Shown here: positions 1 through 11,464 of the stretch, one piece after another
Layout of the letters: each line of letters opens with the position of its first letter
How positions within the stretch are numbered: the stretch's first letter is position 1
Assembly: GCA_002104905.1 (NCBI GenBank)
Contig: MCFE01000028.1
Span: forward strand, 163,862 to 227,861
DNA length: 64,000 nucleotides
DNA from: Basidiobolus meristosporus CBS 931.73
Lineage: Eukaryota > Fungi > Basidiobolomycota
Direction: 5' to 3'
Program-made: the position numbers and the translations under genes
Notes under the pieces: generated by a model
What the model was told of the DNA's origin: nothing
The model's input: the letters and a program-made list of their open reading frames with translations, nothing else
Databases searched by the model: none

Positions 1-180
1 CAGCCCCAAGCTTTGCACACATTTTCTTGGGACCTTTTGTAACCTATTCTATGTGTTTGGCATGCTAAGACTATGTAAAAGTATAAATACTACTTTTACA
101 TTCAATAAATCATTAAGTGAAAACCACATAATCTACTTGTTCTCCCAGTCACTTCCAATATCTCCAAGACTCTTACAACA
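1..180 (+). mobile_element. Ty1/copia LTR, 3' part (cut by window edge)
   Basis: Near-identical to 861-1040; ends TCTTACAACA at 180 like the complete LTR. Confidence 0.85.
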
Positions 181-394
181 CTACAAACATGTAGAATTGG
201 TCAAGAAAAATTCCAAGAGCATATGTGCAAAGTTTGGGGCTGTTTGGACAACTTTGAGAATTTTCATGTTCTGGGTAAATACTCCAAGTAAATCCTGACA
301 AGGAATTTGGTCAGTATTCCCCAGGATTGGAAGGTAATGATCTAAGTGACTAAGTTGGGTGAATATTTAGGTGGAATTACAAATTTTTACAACA
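181..394 (-). mobile_element. Ty1/copia LTR, 5' part, inverted
   Basis: Reverse complement begins TGTTGTAAAAATTTGTAATTCCACC and follows the 692-910 LTR sequence. Confidence 0.85.
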
Positions 395-557
395 ATTTCA
401 TATGTGGATCTATAAAGAATAACTTAGTTAGCTTAGTTCACTGTCTTTCAGATGAAATGATTGCAAACATATTTACCAAACCATTAGCTAGAGACAAGTG
501 TGAATGTCTTAAGTCAAAACTAGGACCAGTCAGTACAAACATTTAGCTGAGTGGGAG
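395..557 (+). mobile_element. Ty1/copia pol C-terminus (RNase H end) plus polypurine tract
   Basis: Translates as FICGSIKNNLVSLVHCLSDEMIANIFTKPLARDK, matching the copia HFIRD...MIADIFTKPL motif; stop at 546, then GAGTGGGAG directly before TGTTG at 558. Confidence 0.85.
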
Positions 558-1228
558 TGTTGTACGAATTTGTAATTCCACCCAAATATTCACCTAACTT
601 AGTCACTTGGAATACTACCTTCAAATCCTAGAGAATACTGACCAAATTCCTTGTTGGGATTTACTCAGAATATTTTCACCATAGTATCAGGTGTTGTAAA
701 AATTTGTAATTCCACCTAAATATTTGCCTAACTTAGTCACTTAGATCATTACCCTCAAATCCTAGAGAATACTGACCAAATTCCTTGTTGGGATTTACTT
801 AGAATATTTTCACCAAAATACCAGGTACCCAGAACATGAAAATTCTCAAAGTTGTCCAAACAGCCCCAAACTTTGCACACATGTTCTTGGGACCTTCCTT
901 AACCTATTCTACGTGTTTGTAATGCCAAGACCAGGTAAAAGTATAAATACTACTTTTACATTCAATAAATCATTAAGTGAAAACTACATAATCTACCTGT
1001 TCTCCCAGTCACTTCCAATATCTCCAAGACTCTTACAACATCAGGTACCCCAAACATGAAAATTCTCAAAGTTGTCCAAGCAGTTCCAAACTTTGCACAC
1101 ATGTTCTTGGGACCTTCCTAAACATATTCTACATGCTGTTATGCCAAGACCATGTAAAAGTATAAATACTACTTTTACACTCAGTAAATCATTAAGTGAA
1201 TATCACATAATATACTTGTCCTCCAACA
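558..1228 (+). mobile_element. Copia 3' LTR interrupted by a same-family solo LTR
   Basis: Starts TGTTG (558), is broken at 691, resumes at 1046 with the matching next LTR segment and ends CAACA (1224-1228). Confidence 0.8.
692..1040 (+). mobile_element. Complete 349-bp copia solo LTR with 5-bp TSD
   Basis: TGTTG...CAACA termini; TCAGG at 687-691 and again at 1041-1045. Confidence 0.9.
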
Positions 1229-1916
1229 ACAGGATCTCCTGGCATTAAATACTGGAATGATCACTTCTAAGTGGATAATGAGTAGCTAGCTATTATTGCA
1301 ATATCAGGGTGTGGAAAGGTGTGGCCAAATAGAAATATTTCAGCCATCTATGATGCACAAATAATAAGCATAGGCCATCCAATAGTAGTACAGGCATCAT
1401 TGTGGGAATGTTAGGGGATAGTTGATATACCACTACAACCCTATGATGCCAGTTATCATACAGGTCTTTCCTCAATTCTTTGCAACACATCTCTAACTTT
1501 GGTTTTACAAGCTTCAGGGAGAAATATTGATTTGTGTTTAGACTGTATAGTCTGAAATTGGTACAGATGGGAGCTTGGAAGGGGTTTAGTCAATATAGTA
1601 TACTAAGTATAGTATCAAGAGAGTAGTGCAACAGTAGGGCATTAGTGCGAAGCAAAAGTAGGTCCACCTTGAAATTTCCATTAGCTAAGAGCAAGGCATA
1701 TTGACCCAAGAAAACAACAAGTAGCACCATAGGATGGGCGACAGGAATCCTTTAATGATATCAGCAGAATTTGATTGCGTGGCATACGGATCCCAAACTG
1801 TTTGAGTTTGGTTGGGATTCTTTTAATCGCTTGCCTCATTTTGCTGTAGTGCCGCTTCAGAACAGTTAGATTTTATTTTCCGGAGTTTCGGAAGACCACG
1901 CTTCATCACCATGGTG

Positions 1917-1924
1917 TATAAATA
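1917..1924 (+). promoter_or_regulatory. Candidate TATA box of the PLA2-like gene
   Basis: TATAAATA about 45 nt upstream of ATG 1969. Confidence 0.45.
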
Positions 1925-1968
1925 ACCAGCAGTCAGGATAGTTCCTAGTGGAGAATTGCTCGCTAACC

Positions 1969-2436
1969 ATGCTCCTCCGTACTATAGCACTGATGCTGGT
2001 CATAGGCTCTGGATCATGTGAGCCCCACCTCGGGATGCGTTACGATGCCACTCCTCCGCCCAGCTGTGTGGACGACAAGCTGGGCAACCACACGGTAAGC
2101 GAACACAATGCCTGCGACTCCATAGTCAAGACATACCCAATGTATGAGCCGTGTTGTGTGAAGCATCGCGAATGCTACAGCAAGTGCGGACCGACAGAAA
2201 CAAAAGAAGGCTGTGACAATGAGTTTCGATTCTGCCTGCAGCAGACTTGTGGGGCTGGAAAGCGAAAGTTCGTTCGTAGCAGGTGCAACACTGGCTGGTC
2301 TTGGTTCGGGCCTGGGATGAACAGCCACAGAGTGGCGGAGTCTTCTGATTTCAGTTGTAAAGAATACGCAGCCAAACAGGCGCAATCTTGCCATGACAGT
2401 GATCCCGCCGAGCCCTCCCCGATCTCGGAAGAATGA
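1969..2436 (+). CDS. Secreted Cys-rich group XII-like phospholipase A2 homolog, probably catalytically inactive
   Basis: Signal peptide MLLRTIALMLVIGSGSC; CCVKHRECYSKCG...CDNEFRFCLQQTC and CKEYAAKQAQSC match the PLA2G12 pattern (CCxxHDxCY...CDxxFxxCL); intronless. Confidence 0.75.
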   Translation: MLLRTIALMLVIGSGSCEPHLGMRYDATPPPSCVDDKLGNHTVSEHNACDSIVKTYPMYEPCCVKHRECYSKCGPTETKEGCDNEFRFCLQQTCGAGKRKFVRSRCNTGWSWFGPGMNSHRVAESSDFSCKEYAAKQAQSCHDSDPAEPSPISEE

Positions 2437-2462
2437 TTTTGCGTCGAGTGATTAATCTACTC

Positions 2463-2563
2463 AGTGATTGATCTATTTAATGGAGCCAAGTGATTAATCT
2501 ATTTAATGGAGCCAAGTGATTGATCTATTTAATGGAGCCAAGTGATTAATCTATTTAATGGAG
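2463..2563 (+). repeat. 26-bp tandem repeat, about 3.9 copies
   Basis: AGTGATT(G/A)ATCTATTTAATGGAGCCA at 2463, 2489, 2515 and 2541 (partial). Confidence 0.95.
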
Positions 2564-2933
2564 TGGCTGCAGAGTCATGAGCAGCAAGAAATTAATATGA
2601 ACCCCAATAAAACCTTGCATCGAACCTTGCATTGTCCACTTCGCCATCTCCACACTGCCTGAATTGAGGAATGAATTTGGAACATCACGCTCTTTGGCCA
2701 CTGATATGGCGATCTCGGCTCGATACGGTAGTGCAATTTAGCCATCTTTACCCACGGGAGAGGTGGTACATTGAGGTGGATGGAAATTTCGATTTATTTA
2801 CAGGTGGAGAATGACTGAACCATCTCCAAATCAAAAATTTTACAGCTTAAGATTACTTGGTGACTCTGCCAAATAACTACTTGGTGACTATGCCAGATAG
2901 GAGAACGAAAAAGGAATGGGTTTGGGCTGCACC

Positions 2934-3970
2934 TCAGCGGATAAGGCAGGTGCGGTATGTGTCGATGGTGATTTCCTTGTAGGAGGGTAGTTTCGGAGCG
3001 ACGCTTTCCTCTACTGGTGTGTAGACGGGCAAACTCTCATCCTCCTGTCGTTTATGAGTGATCTCAATATTGAACGTGATGTAGCCACACTCGATCTTCC
3101 CATTGATGTCAAATCCCACCAATACGATGACTTCATGACTGGTCTGAATATACTTGGTTGAGCATCCTGGCTGAAAAATGTCATTTTTGGGCAATCGGAC
3201 ATTGAACAGGAATTCGCTACAGCTAACTGCTTGGTTGCTAATCTCGCGCCACTGCTGAGTTTTCTTCGAGTTTTCTTCTCCCAAGCTGACGTTTTGAACC
3301 AATCTGAATGCCACCCGGCGGACTTTCACCTTTTCCTTCAGAGGAAGAACCTTGACATGTAATGGTACGACTTCCCCTAGGGTGTAGTTCCTCTTGGGCG
3401 CTTGGATACTAACGCTGGCCGCGGACTTGTACACCTGAGTAATGTGAAGCGACTCATCATGGATGTCTGCACCCACTGAACGAAGGAATCTTTTGACGAG
3501 TACGGGCTTTTGGATACGGATATCGCAAAGAATATGAGGCCGCTCGATAGTGGCTTTGAGGCGGTAGGTTATTTGACCAAATTGAGTCACTACAGTCTCA
3601 GGAAGATGGCCTGGGAATCGGTATTCGAATTCAAAGGCATTTTTCCCAACGGCAAGAGAGTAAGTCGAGTTTGGCTCGATAAGCGTCAACGTGTCGTCCA
3701 GTATTATTTTGTTGGTGCCGTCAGAGTGACCTTTAGAGAAATTCGAGTTAGTCGATGTAAGGGACGGATCCTCGTTGTGTCGTGCATACCTGACTCCCGT
3801 ATAATCTGAGCTCTTCCTTCAAGTCTCAATTGGATGGATTTGATCTTGGTCACCTTTTTCACATCCAAAATTAGTGCGCCTCGGAAGGCAACGCCAGCAG
3901 CCTCAGAGGGACTCCCATGCAGTATGATTGCAGGCTTCTCCAGGAGAATCTCACAACACGAAGATTTCAT
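2934..3970 (-). CDS. Alpha-arrestin (arrestin N/C domains, PY motifs), 2 exons
   Basis: FRGALILDVKKVTKIKSIQLRLEG, FEFEYRFPGHLPET...ITYRLKATIERP; C-terminal LPVY and LPSY; GT-AG intron about 3731-3789. Confidence 0.85.
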
Positions 3971-5046
3971 GATAGTTGTCGCGGACAGTTATGATTAATG
4001 AACAGAAACCGTCTCGCAGATACTTGGGCTATATATACGGCGGCTGGTCAAGGACTGAACGACTCGGTTAAATGCATTCCACCATTTAAAGGAATCCCAT
4101 ATCCATGAAGATCCACCTCCCCTAGACTGCTTCGCAGACAGCAGATGCCAATCATCTGAGACTTCTGAATGCCGAATATAGGGCTTGTATTAGGTTATTG
4201 GCAACAAGCCAAGGTGGGATCGGTTTAAATGATTACCAGATAAACTTTTGGCCAGAATAGTCCAGATGTTGGGCATATTTGGGCTGCATGTGATGAGTGA
4301 TATCATGTGTATTCTTAGATAAGCTTGATGACATTTTGGCATCTGCCACTGCTGGCATCGCTTTTCAATACTGACAAACAGCTTCACCATTGGACGCTGC
4401 GAAAAGTGGGTATTACTTATTGCCGTTCTACAGAGCACCCTGATCAACCGCTCCCACGCTTTGAATCCTCTGTTGCTTATGATGGATAGCAACGACCATA
4501 TGTCAGATGAAGTCCCAAAGTGACATACCCGCCATTGTCACCGTGAAGGAGTTGAGTGGGTTCCCGTTAACCTTAAGCAGCGGAGATTGACCACTTCAAA
4601 TGGCAGTAGTCCATAGTAAGCCAGCCGTTTTAGATAAACTCTTGCCTTAAGAGCTGGGCAGCGTGTAACGGGAAGCGGTAGTTTGTTGGCTGCTTTTGGC
4701 CCACTGGATTCTTCATTTGGCAGGTCGGATTGGAAATGGCCTGTTTCACACCATTTCTATTTTCTGTTACAGCATCGACCGATTCTAGACGAAGGATAAC
4801 ATGAATGTTCCTTACTAATCATTGGAGTCCGCACGTTTGTGTAAGCTTGAATTTCAGTTTGCTAGCTCTGGAGAATCACCCACAAATTGAATCTTGATCT
4901 CCAAGACGAATCAGTAGATTCGATTTTTGGACCTTAGATCTGTTGCCGCAGTAAGGTGCCAAATTCAACATACCTGCTGTATGTTCTGTGAGGGATTGCT
5001 TACCTGTGTATAGCATATGATCTGTAAAACTTAGATTCCATGTACA

Positions 5047-7312
5047 ATGTCTGACTTCAACAAATTCAAGCTTCCAAGTAAAAGCACCCAAAAGCCACAA
5101 CCGAGACGTAAGACTCCATTGAGATCTGGGTTTGAACATCAGGAAGAGGAAAGCCCAACCCGGCCCCGATTTCTTTCCAAATTTAATGTATCCTCGTCCA
5201 TTTTTGATAGTATAGGTATTTTACGATTCAGAGCGCCTTCGAAATGCTTTGTAGCAGCTCACTAGATAAACCATGCAATTTAATATTTTAGACAAGTTTA
5301 ATTCGGAAACAAACGTAGAGAAAAGTGGGATAATTGAAGAGGACAACCTTACCGGATCGCAAGCCCCAATCTCATCTCCTTCCAGAAATGCTGTCAGTTT
5401 CGCTGCATTTGTTCGTAGAGATCCGCTTCAGATCCAGCCTTCTACTGTGAAACGCGCTAGCGATGAGGGTGCTTCTAAGGAGGAAAATGGCACGCACATT
5501 GATAAACATTTATCCAGAAAGCAAATGTTGGAAGGTGCCCAATAATCACTTTATTTCACGATGATTAAGCCTGCTTATGTCTTTTGGAATATGGTAGAAT
5601 TGAACCCGACCAGCCTTGTCGACATAGCTGTTAATACTGTTAGCCCAGACAAACACAAGAAACCAGCTTGGCGAGGTATTTGTTACTGGCACGACACTTC
5701 ATCCCATAGATAAGAAATGAACCTCATGCCCCCGCAGATAATGCTTTCTCTGGATCCTATACACCACCTAATCGATATATCTTCGGGAGTCCAAAGAACG
5801 ATAGACTCCCAGAGAATTGGCTAAGTCTCTCGGATGGTACATTTTTTACCCGCCTATACACACTAGCAGAACGCTAACAATGCAAATTTATTGGTCAGAC
5901 CCATCGGTGTACCCTTTTTTGACCAAGAGAGACTCATTTGGCAGGAAAGCAGGTACAAGTGACCCAACACACATGTCGGATTGCCATGTCAGTCCGGCTT
6001 CAAAATATCGATTTAATATCAAGCAAATCATCGAGAACGAATCCTCTCGGGGGCTCAAGGTATCTAAGTGGTATTATGGTTAAACTGCATGCTTTCGTTG
6101 AATGACTTTGGAAATGCCCTGCGTAAACTATTAGGAGGAGATCGAAGATTTCGTTGATAACTCGCAGGTACGTTTGAATTCCTATTAATAGATATAGCAA
6201 CGCATCTCTATATTTGCTCATTGTTTTACGGAACCTCGCTCTGACTAATGCCTCTCAGTTAAGTAATTGGGGAGAGGGATGTCCAGCTACCGAGGTTCAT
6301 ATGTCAACTGATCCTTCCGATAATGTATGTTGCCCTTCATTTCAGCCCTTTATCAGCACCCCGAATCTGACGCGGGCTCGATTCTTTAGCTTGACCAAGA
6401 TTGCTCAGCTTCTTCCTATTTGTCTGATGTCGAAGCTCCCCAATCCCCGGTCCATCCCGGGACATCAGCACAAACCCCGGGAGGTGGGTCGGCTTGTACT
6501 ACCAACGTTTGTACAACTGAATCCCATCCCATTAGTGGAAATATCTCCATAATGGAATTGGCACAAAACCCCAATTTCCTGAGCCATACGCGTAACTCCC
6601 ATGATATGCCACTAGTAAGTCCGATGCAATGGCTTAATGGGGTGAAGATCCCAACCGCGTTGACGACCAGCACCAACGATCACCAGAGGAAGCGCAAGTA
6701 CATGATGAGGTAAGGTGAGTTTCGTGTACAGTCAAATCCCTGACTCGTGTTTACAATCTTGCCTGGCTAGGGGCGGATATGAGGAGCGACTTGTGAACCT
6801 CTTGATCCGAGAAAAATCCGACCACGCAATATGGGCACACGGCCTACGACGTGAAGGTATGGCATGGCTTGATGAAATCATCGCTAGATTCTCACGTCTT
6901 GATTATAGATAACCACACAGCCACCGAACGCAATCCGTCACTTTATGTAGAAGTGTACCATGTGAAGGAAACCTATGGATCCATTATCTGTCGCTGTAGA
7001 CTGCTTCCTTTGGATGCCATTAACGAGAAAGCCACGCACATTGATTTGCCCCCATTGGAGGATGAGTTTATTGATATACTGCTTTGTATGGAGCTCGATC
7101 CCAGTCACAGCACCCTCGCTTCTCGTCACTCGACACAGCCAGATCACGCAATTCATGTGGGAGATCTGCTGAAGATATACAAGCCTTATCAGGAGTTTAC
7201 GTTCGGTTCATCAAGTATACTGGACGACTGGGAAATCCCTCGAAATGGGCTGATCGTTACTCGATTCGTGGTTCGCAGCTCCGATGTTTCGGATAGAGAT
7301 AAACCCATTTGA
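5047..7312 (+). CDS. Multi-exon protein with a SPIDR (DUF4502)-like C-terminal region
   Basis: Spliced exons (intron 6710-6770) give RKRKYMMRGGYEERLVNLLIREKSDHAIWAH...LYVEVYHV...GDLLKIYKPYQEF...LIVTRF, resembling recalled SPIDR motifs. Upstream low-complexity exons are assumed to belong to the same gene. Confidence 0.5.
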
Positions 7313-8693
7313 AGTCAGTTGAAAGTTAGAACGTTGTACTTATCAAGCAACCTCGTGTGACTTATCCGCGAGTTGTCAAGAATAGCAGTGTAGTGTACGA
7401 GATTTGTCTATGGGTGGATGCAGCCGGTGATAGGCCAAACCAAAAATGTCAACTTTAATCTTAATACTCTAGATATCGGTGCGTGCAAATCCTGAACCAC
7501 CCTGGCAAACCTCGTGTTTTGTTTGCATCCTTGCTGATCTCGAGGCTCACATCGCTGCTGTTGATAGGGAGTATGAAAAGGGTTAGAAAACTAGTATTAC
7601 AAACCATTACTTTAGGCTTTGTTACGAGAATTCACCAATACGTGAATGGGGACAAATAAACCTCAACAAAACATGCTATCTGTTGTCTGACATTTCGTTG
7701 CTGCTGTAAACCATTTCATCACACCAAGTTGTTTTTATACTTGATCCCACACACGGCCAACTTGAAGATCTCCGCCTTTTCAATACTACACATTCTGAGT
7801 CAATATTTAGTATGTGGGTAGCAATGCTCATCACAAGAGTGCATTATGAAGTTACATAGCATTATCAATCCTAGAAATGTGTTGTAGAATTGCACTTCAT
7901 CACATACTTACTCATCCCATCCTTTCCTTATTGGAATAGCACCTACCTTGTCACATACTTGCTCATCTTTATTTGAGTGGTTGACCTAGAAATTAGCTCT
8001 TTGAATTCATACTATGTGAGAATAACTTGGAGCAGTAAGAGGGATGAGAAAAGGTAGGGACAATAGCAAAGAAGAATAAAATCCAGGGTTGAAATATACA
8101 ATAGTCATTTCCAAGGTTAAGCAATCTACCAACAATCCAATGATTGAAAATGAGGATAAAAATAAACAAATGAATTTAGCAGAAAATATGCACAAGTAGT
8201 TGGTTACAAGCCGAAACGAATAAAATGAACAAGGGGGAGCCTAAATGCATCAATTGCATAGATAGATCCATAGACGATGTGCTAATATCCACCAGCAATG
8301 AGAAGCATAGATTGAGAACCCTTCGCCAATTTCCACGTTTGTTGGAGTTCATTTGTCTTACCTTCGTGGGACATCTCGGGGACGCAAGTTATATTTAGAA
8401 AACCGGACCCAATGCAAATCCTTTTCAATATTGGCAGTTACATCAACAAACCTGAATTGCCACCTGAGTTGCCACCTCTCTTAATCTAGATTAAGTTGGT
8501 TGATTTGACCTAAACCAATTGGAAATGGGCAGCATGACAGTACAACGCCAACTTCATCAGCTTCACATGCGGTATTCCAAGTCAAAAAAATTTTCCTACC
8601 CATTGGCCTCCGTTCCTACTAATTGCTATAAGCCATCGTATTTTGGACAGCGCCCTTTGTCCAATTTCCTCGTATTTTGCTTTCGTTTGTAAG

Positions 8694-10270
8694 ATGTTTG
8701 AGAGGTTTCGGTTTGGAAAACAGTCCGGTTACGTATCAGAGGAGGCGTTAAACAATCTCCGCTTCTACAAATATGCTGCGGAAGACAAGTCCTACATCAG
8801 CCATTACATTCTTCGCCACTACTGGAATTATGTGGTCGAGTTGTTTCCACTATGGATGGCGTCAGTATTGTGCTTCCCTCACCGAAACCCGTCAAGCCTT
8901 TTCTAATCCTCGCTCACTTTAGGCCAAATTTGATAACTTTGTGCGGGCTAGGCTTTGTCGTCATTAATTTCATATGTGTTCTAATCTACACACCCGACCT
9001 CGAGACACCCGCCCCTTCTTGGGTCTACTTCAGGTAGAGTTAGACTCCAAACATTATGAACGCTCCTCATTCTAAGTGTATATCTTAGTTTTGCCTTGGG
9101 GATCTGGCTTTATTCAACCTTTGACAATGTCGATGGTAAACAGGCTCGTCGAACTGGCACCTCTTCTCCTCTTGGCGAACTCTTTGACCATGGCTGCGAC
9201 GCGCTCAACTGTTCTATTGGTGGGATAGTCCAAGCAGCCGGATTAGGACTAGGGTTCAGTTGGTACACCGTTCTGATCACCGCTATGAGTATGTATTGGG
9301 TTTTCCTCTCTCACTGGGTCTTTGCAAGTAACACTTCAACGTCGACAACTATAGCCACCATTCCTTTCTATCTATCCACTTGGGAGGAATATCATACCGG
9401 AGTTTTGTACCTCGGCGTAGTTAACGGACCTACCGAGGGTCTCATAATATCTTGTCTTACAATGATCCTAACCGGAATCTACGGTACAAACTGTATTTGG
9501 TCCTTAGAATAAGCATTCTTGGGTCTAACGCTTATATTAGGCCCCCAAATGTGGAGAACTTCTATTCATGATATCTTGGGTAACTCCACACCTGGGTTCA
9601 TTCCGGAGAGCGCCATTCTTCTTGATGCGGTCTTTGTCGTTATGTACGCCTTGTTGTTTGTAGCTGTTGCCCCAGCAAGGTAGGTCACCCCCAGACGCCT
9701 ACTGATGATTTGGTGATTTACACTTCATATACATAGTTTCATCGCTGTTTACAAGACATGCCAGAGCAAATACCAGGACTACACCACCGCCTTAACTCAA
9801 CTGCTCCCCATGACAGTGTACCTGGCCAGCACCTATTTGTGGCTTGCGTCGCCTTACTCGTATATACTGGAGAACCACTTGATCCTTTTCATTCTGACCA
9901 TAGGAATCGTGTTCGGACGTATGGCCACCAAGATCATCCTGTCCCACGTTACTAAGAGCAGATTTCCTATGTACACAGTATTAATGCTGCCGATCGTAGT
10001 TGGCGCACTGCTGACCAATATACCTTATGTCCTTGGAATGTAAGTTTACTTTGGACGCTTGTTGCACCTTGTGCATCTTACTCAACTGTTCTCGTGAACG
10101 ATAGGCAACCACTCCTTGGCCCAGTCACCGAGCTGTGGTATCTGATCCTGTTCTTCATCTTCTCCGCTGCTGCCTACACCAACTGGGCTCTGTTAGTGAT
10201 CGACAGCTTCTGCACACATCTTGGAATCAGTTGTCTAACGATCACCAGCAGACCCTACAACAGACTGTGA
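8694..10270 (+). CDS. Choline/ethanolamine phosphotransferase (CDP-alcohol phosphatidyltransferase, CPT1/EPT1 family)
   Basis: DNVDGKQARRTGTSSPLGELFDHGCD CDP-alcohol motif; YKYAAEDKS and STWEEYHTG motifs; multiple introns. Confidence 0.93.
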
Positions 10271-10607
10271 AAATAGAAAAGCGATTACATCTGTTGCGCC
10301 CACAGACGGATGTTGTACCAACAATATTTATTTTGTCACTAACCCAGCCCAGTCTACTAATAATCTCGTCAAGTCAATAAAGTCCATTTCCATGTCCGAA
10401 TGCAATCAACTGAACCACTGGCTATCGCCGAGGATCCCTGGATTCGGCTTTTTTTTAGCCAAATTTTTTTTGGCATTTTTTTTTCTTTTTGACTGGGTAA
10501 ACGAGGCGGATTCGGGGTGGTGGTGAATGAATAGACACCAAGCGTGGACATCCCAAAATACTTCGGTGGAAATAGTTCGTTCGTACTCTCGTTAATAATA
10601 ATACGCC

Positions 10608-11189
10608 ATGACAAATCCTCTGGAGCAATTGGCCAACACAAACACCTGCGGTTCCCTCATTTTCTGCAAGGAATGCGGAAACCTTCTGGACATGTTGGGT
10701 GACAACGACATCATTGTATGCGGCATGTGTGGACTCACCCAGAAGACTGACGGTGGGACTTGACCTTCCTTAACCATTGCTAGAAGTCTGGTTTCTGACG
10801 TAGTGTTTTTGCTTAGCTTTCGGCGACTTTGAGGTGATCACACGTAGTAGTGAGCACGCTTTCCCTTCAGCCCTGAAAAACAAGCGCTCTCTGGTTCAGC
10901 AGCAACCCAAGAAGCGTGAAGCCGCAGCCACGGTACTTTCCCCCTGCTAACACGAAAAATGCCCACCAGCAACTAACCCTCCGCTCCAACAACAGATCAA
11001 AGAGAAATGTCCCAAGTGTGGTGCGCCCGAAATGTCCTTCCATACCATGCAGCTTCGTTCGGCTGATGAAGGACAGACCGTTTTCTACAACTGTACGAAA
11101 TGCGGGTATGTAGCCAATAGTGCCTCCTCATGTTCAGTGGTTTCTGACGCTTTCTTTCCTCTAGTTACAAATACTCCATCAACAGTTAA
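10608..11189 (+). CDS. RPA12: RNA polymerase I subunit A12.2
   Basis: N-terminal FCKECGNLL...CGMC zinc ribbon; C-terminal CPKCG...[20 protein letters not shown]; spliced. Confidence 0.92.
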
Positions 11190-11464
11190 TTCTCTGGGCG
11201 TCCGATGGTTTTCCTACTTTATTTCTCGGGTGTTGCGGGATCACTGGTTCCGTTAGACGATTTCATTTGATTGCAATGTATAGACAACGAAAAGTATTCT
11301 GAATAAATCTTGCCGACATACTTCCTCTCTACAAATGAGTCGATGGTGTATTTATTCAATTCTAATTGGAAGTAATATAATGTACGTCATTACAGTTACA
11401 GTAAACGGGGCTTTGATGGGCGGTGGTCAATGAGGTTTATGGGTGGTTCGTCAAGAGGAGGAGA

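Noticed and set aside
53-298. 81-aa ORF and the N-terminal part of ORF 346-546
   Set aside because: They run through LTR fragments; only the 395-546 part is real copia pol.
1230-1660. CpG-poor stretch with 65-aa ORF 1293-1490
   Set aside because: Probably decayed TE, but I recognise no domain in any frame.
2463-2563. CRISPR-like appearance of the 26-bp repeats
   Set aside because: Repeats are directly adjacent with no spacers, in a eukaryotic genome without cas genes.
4190-4492. 100-aa minus-strand ORF
   Set aside because: Non-ATG start, no recognisable motif, lies between two divergent promoters.
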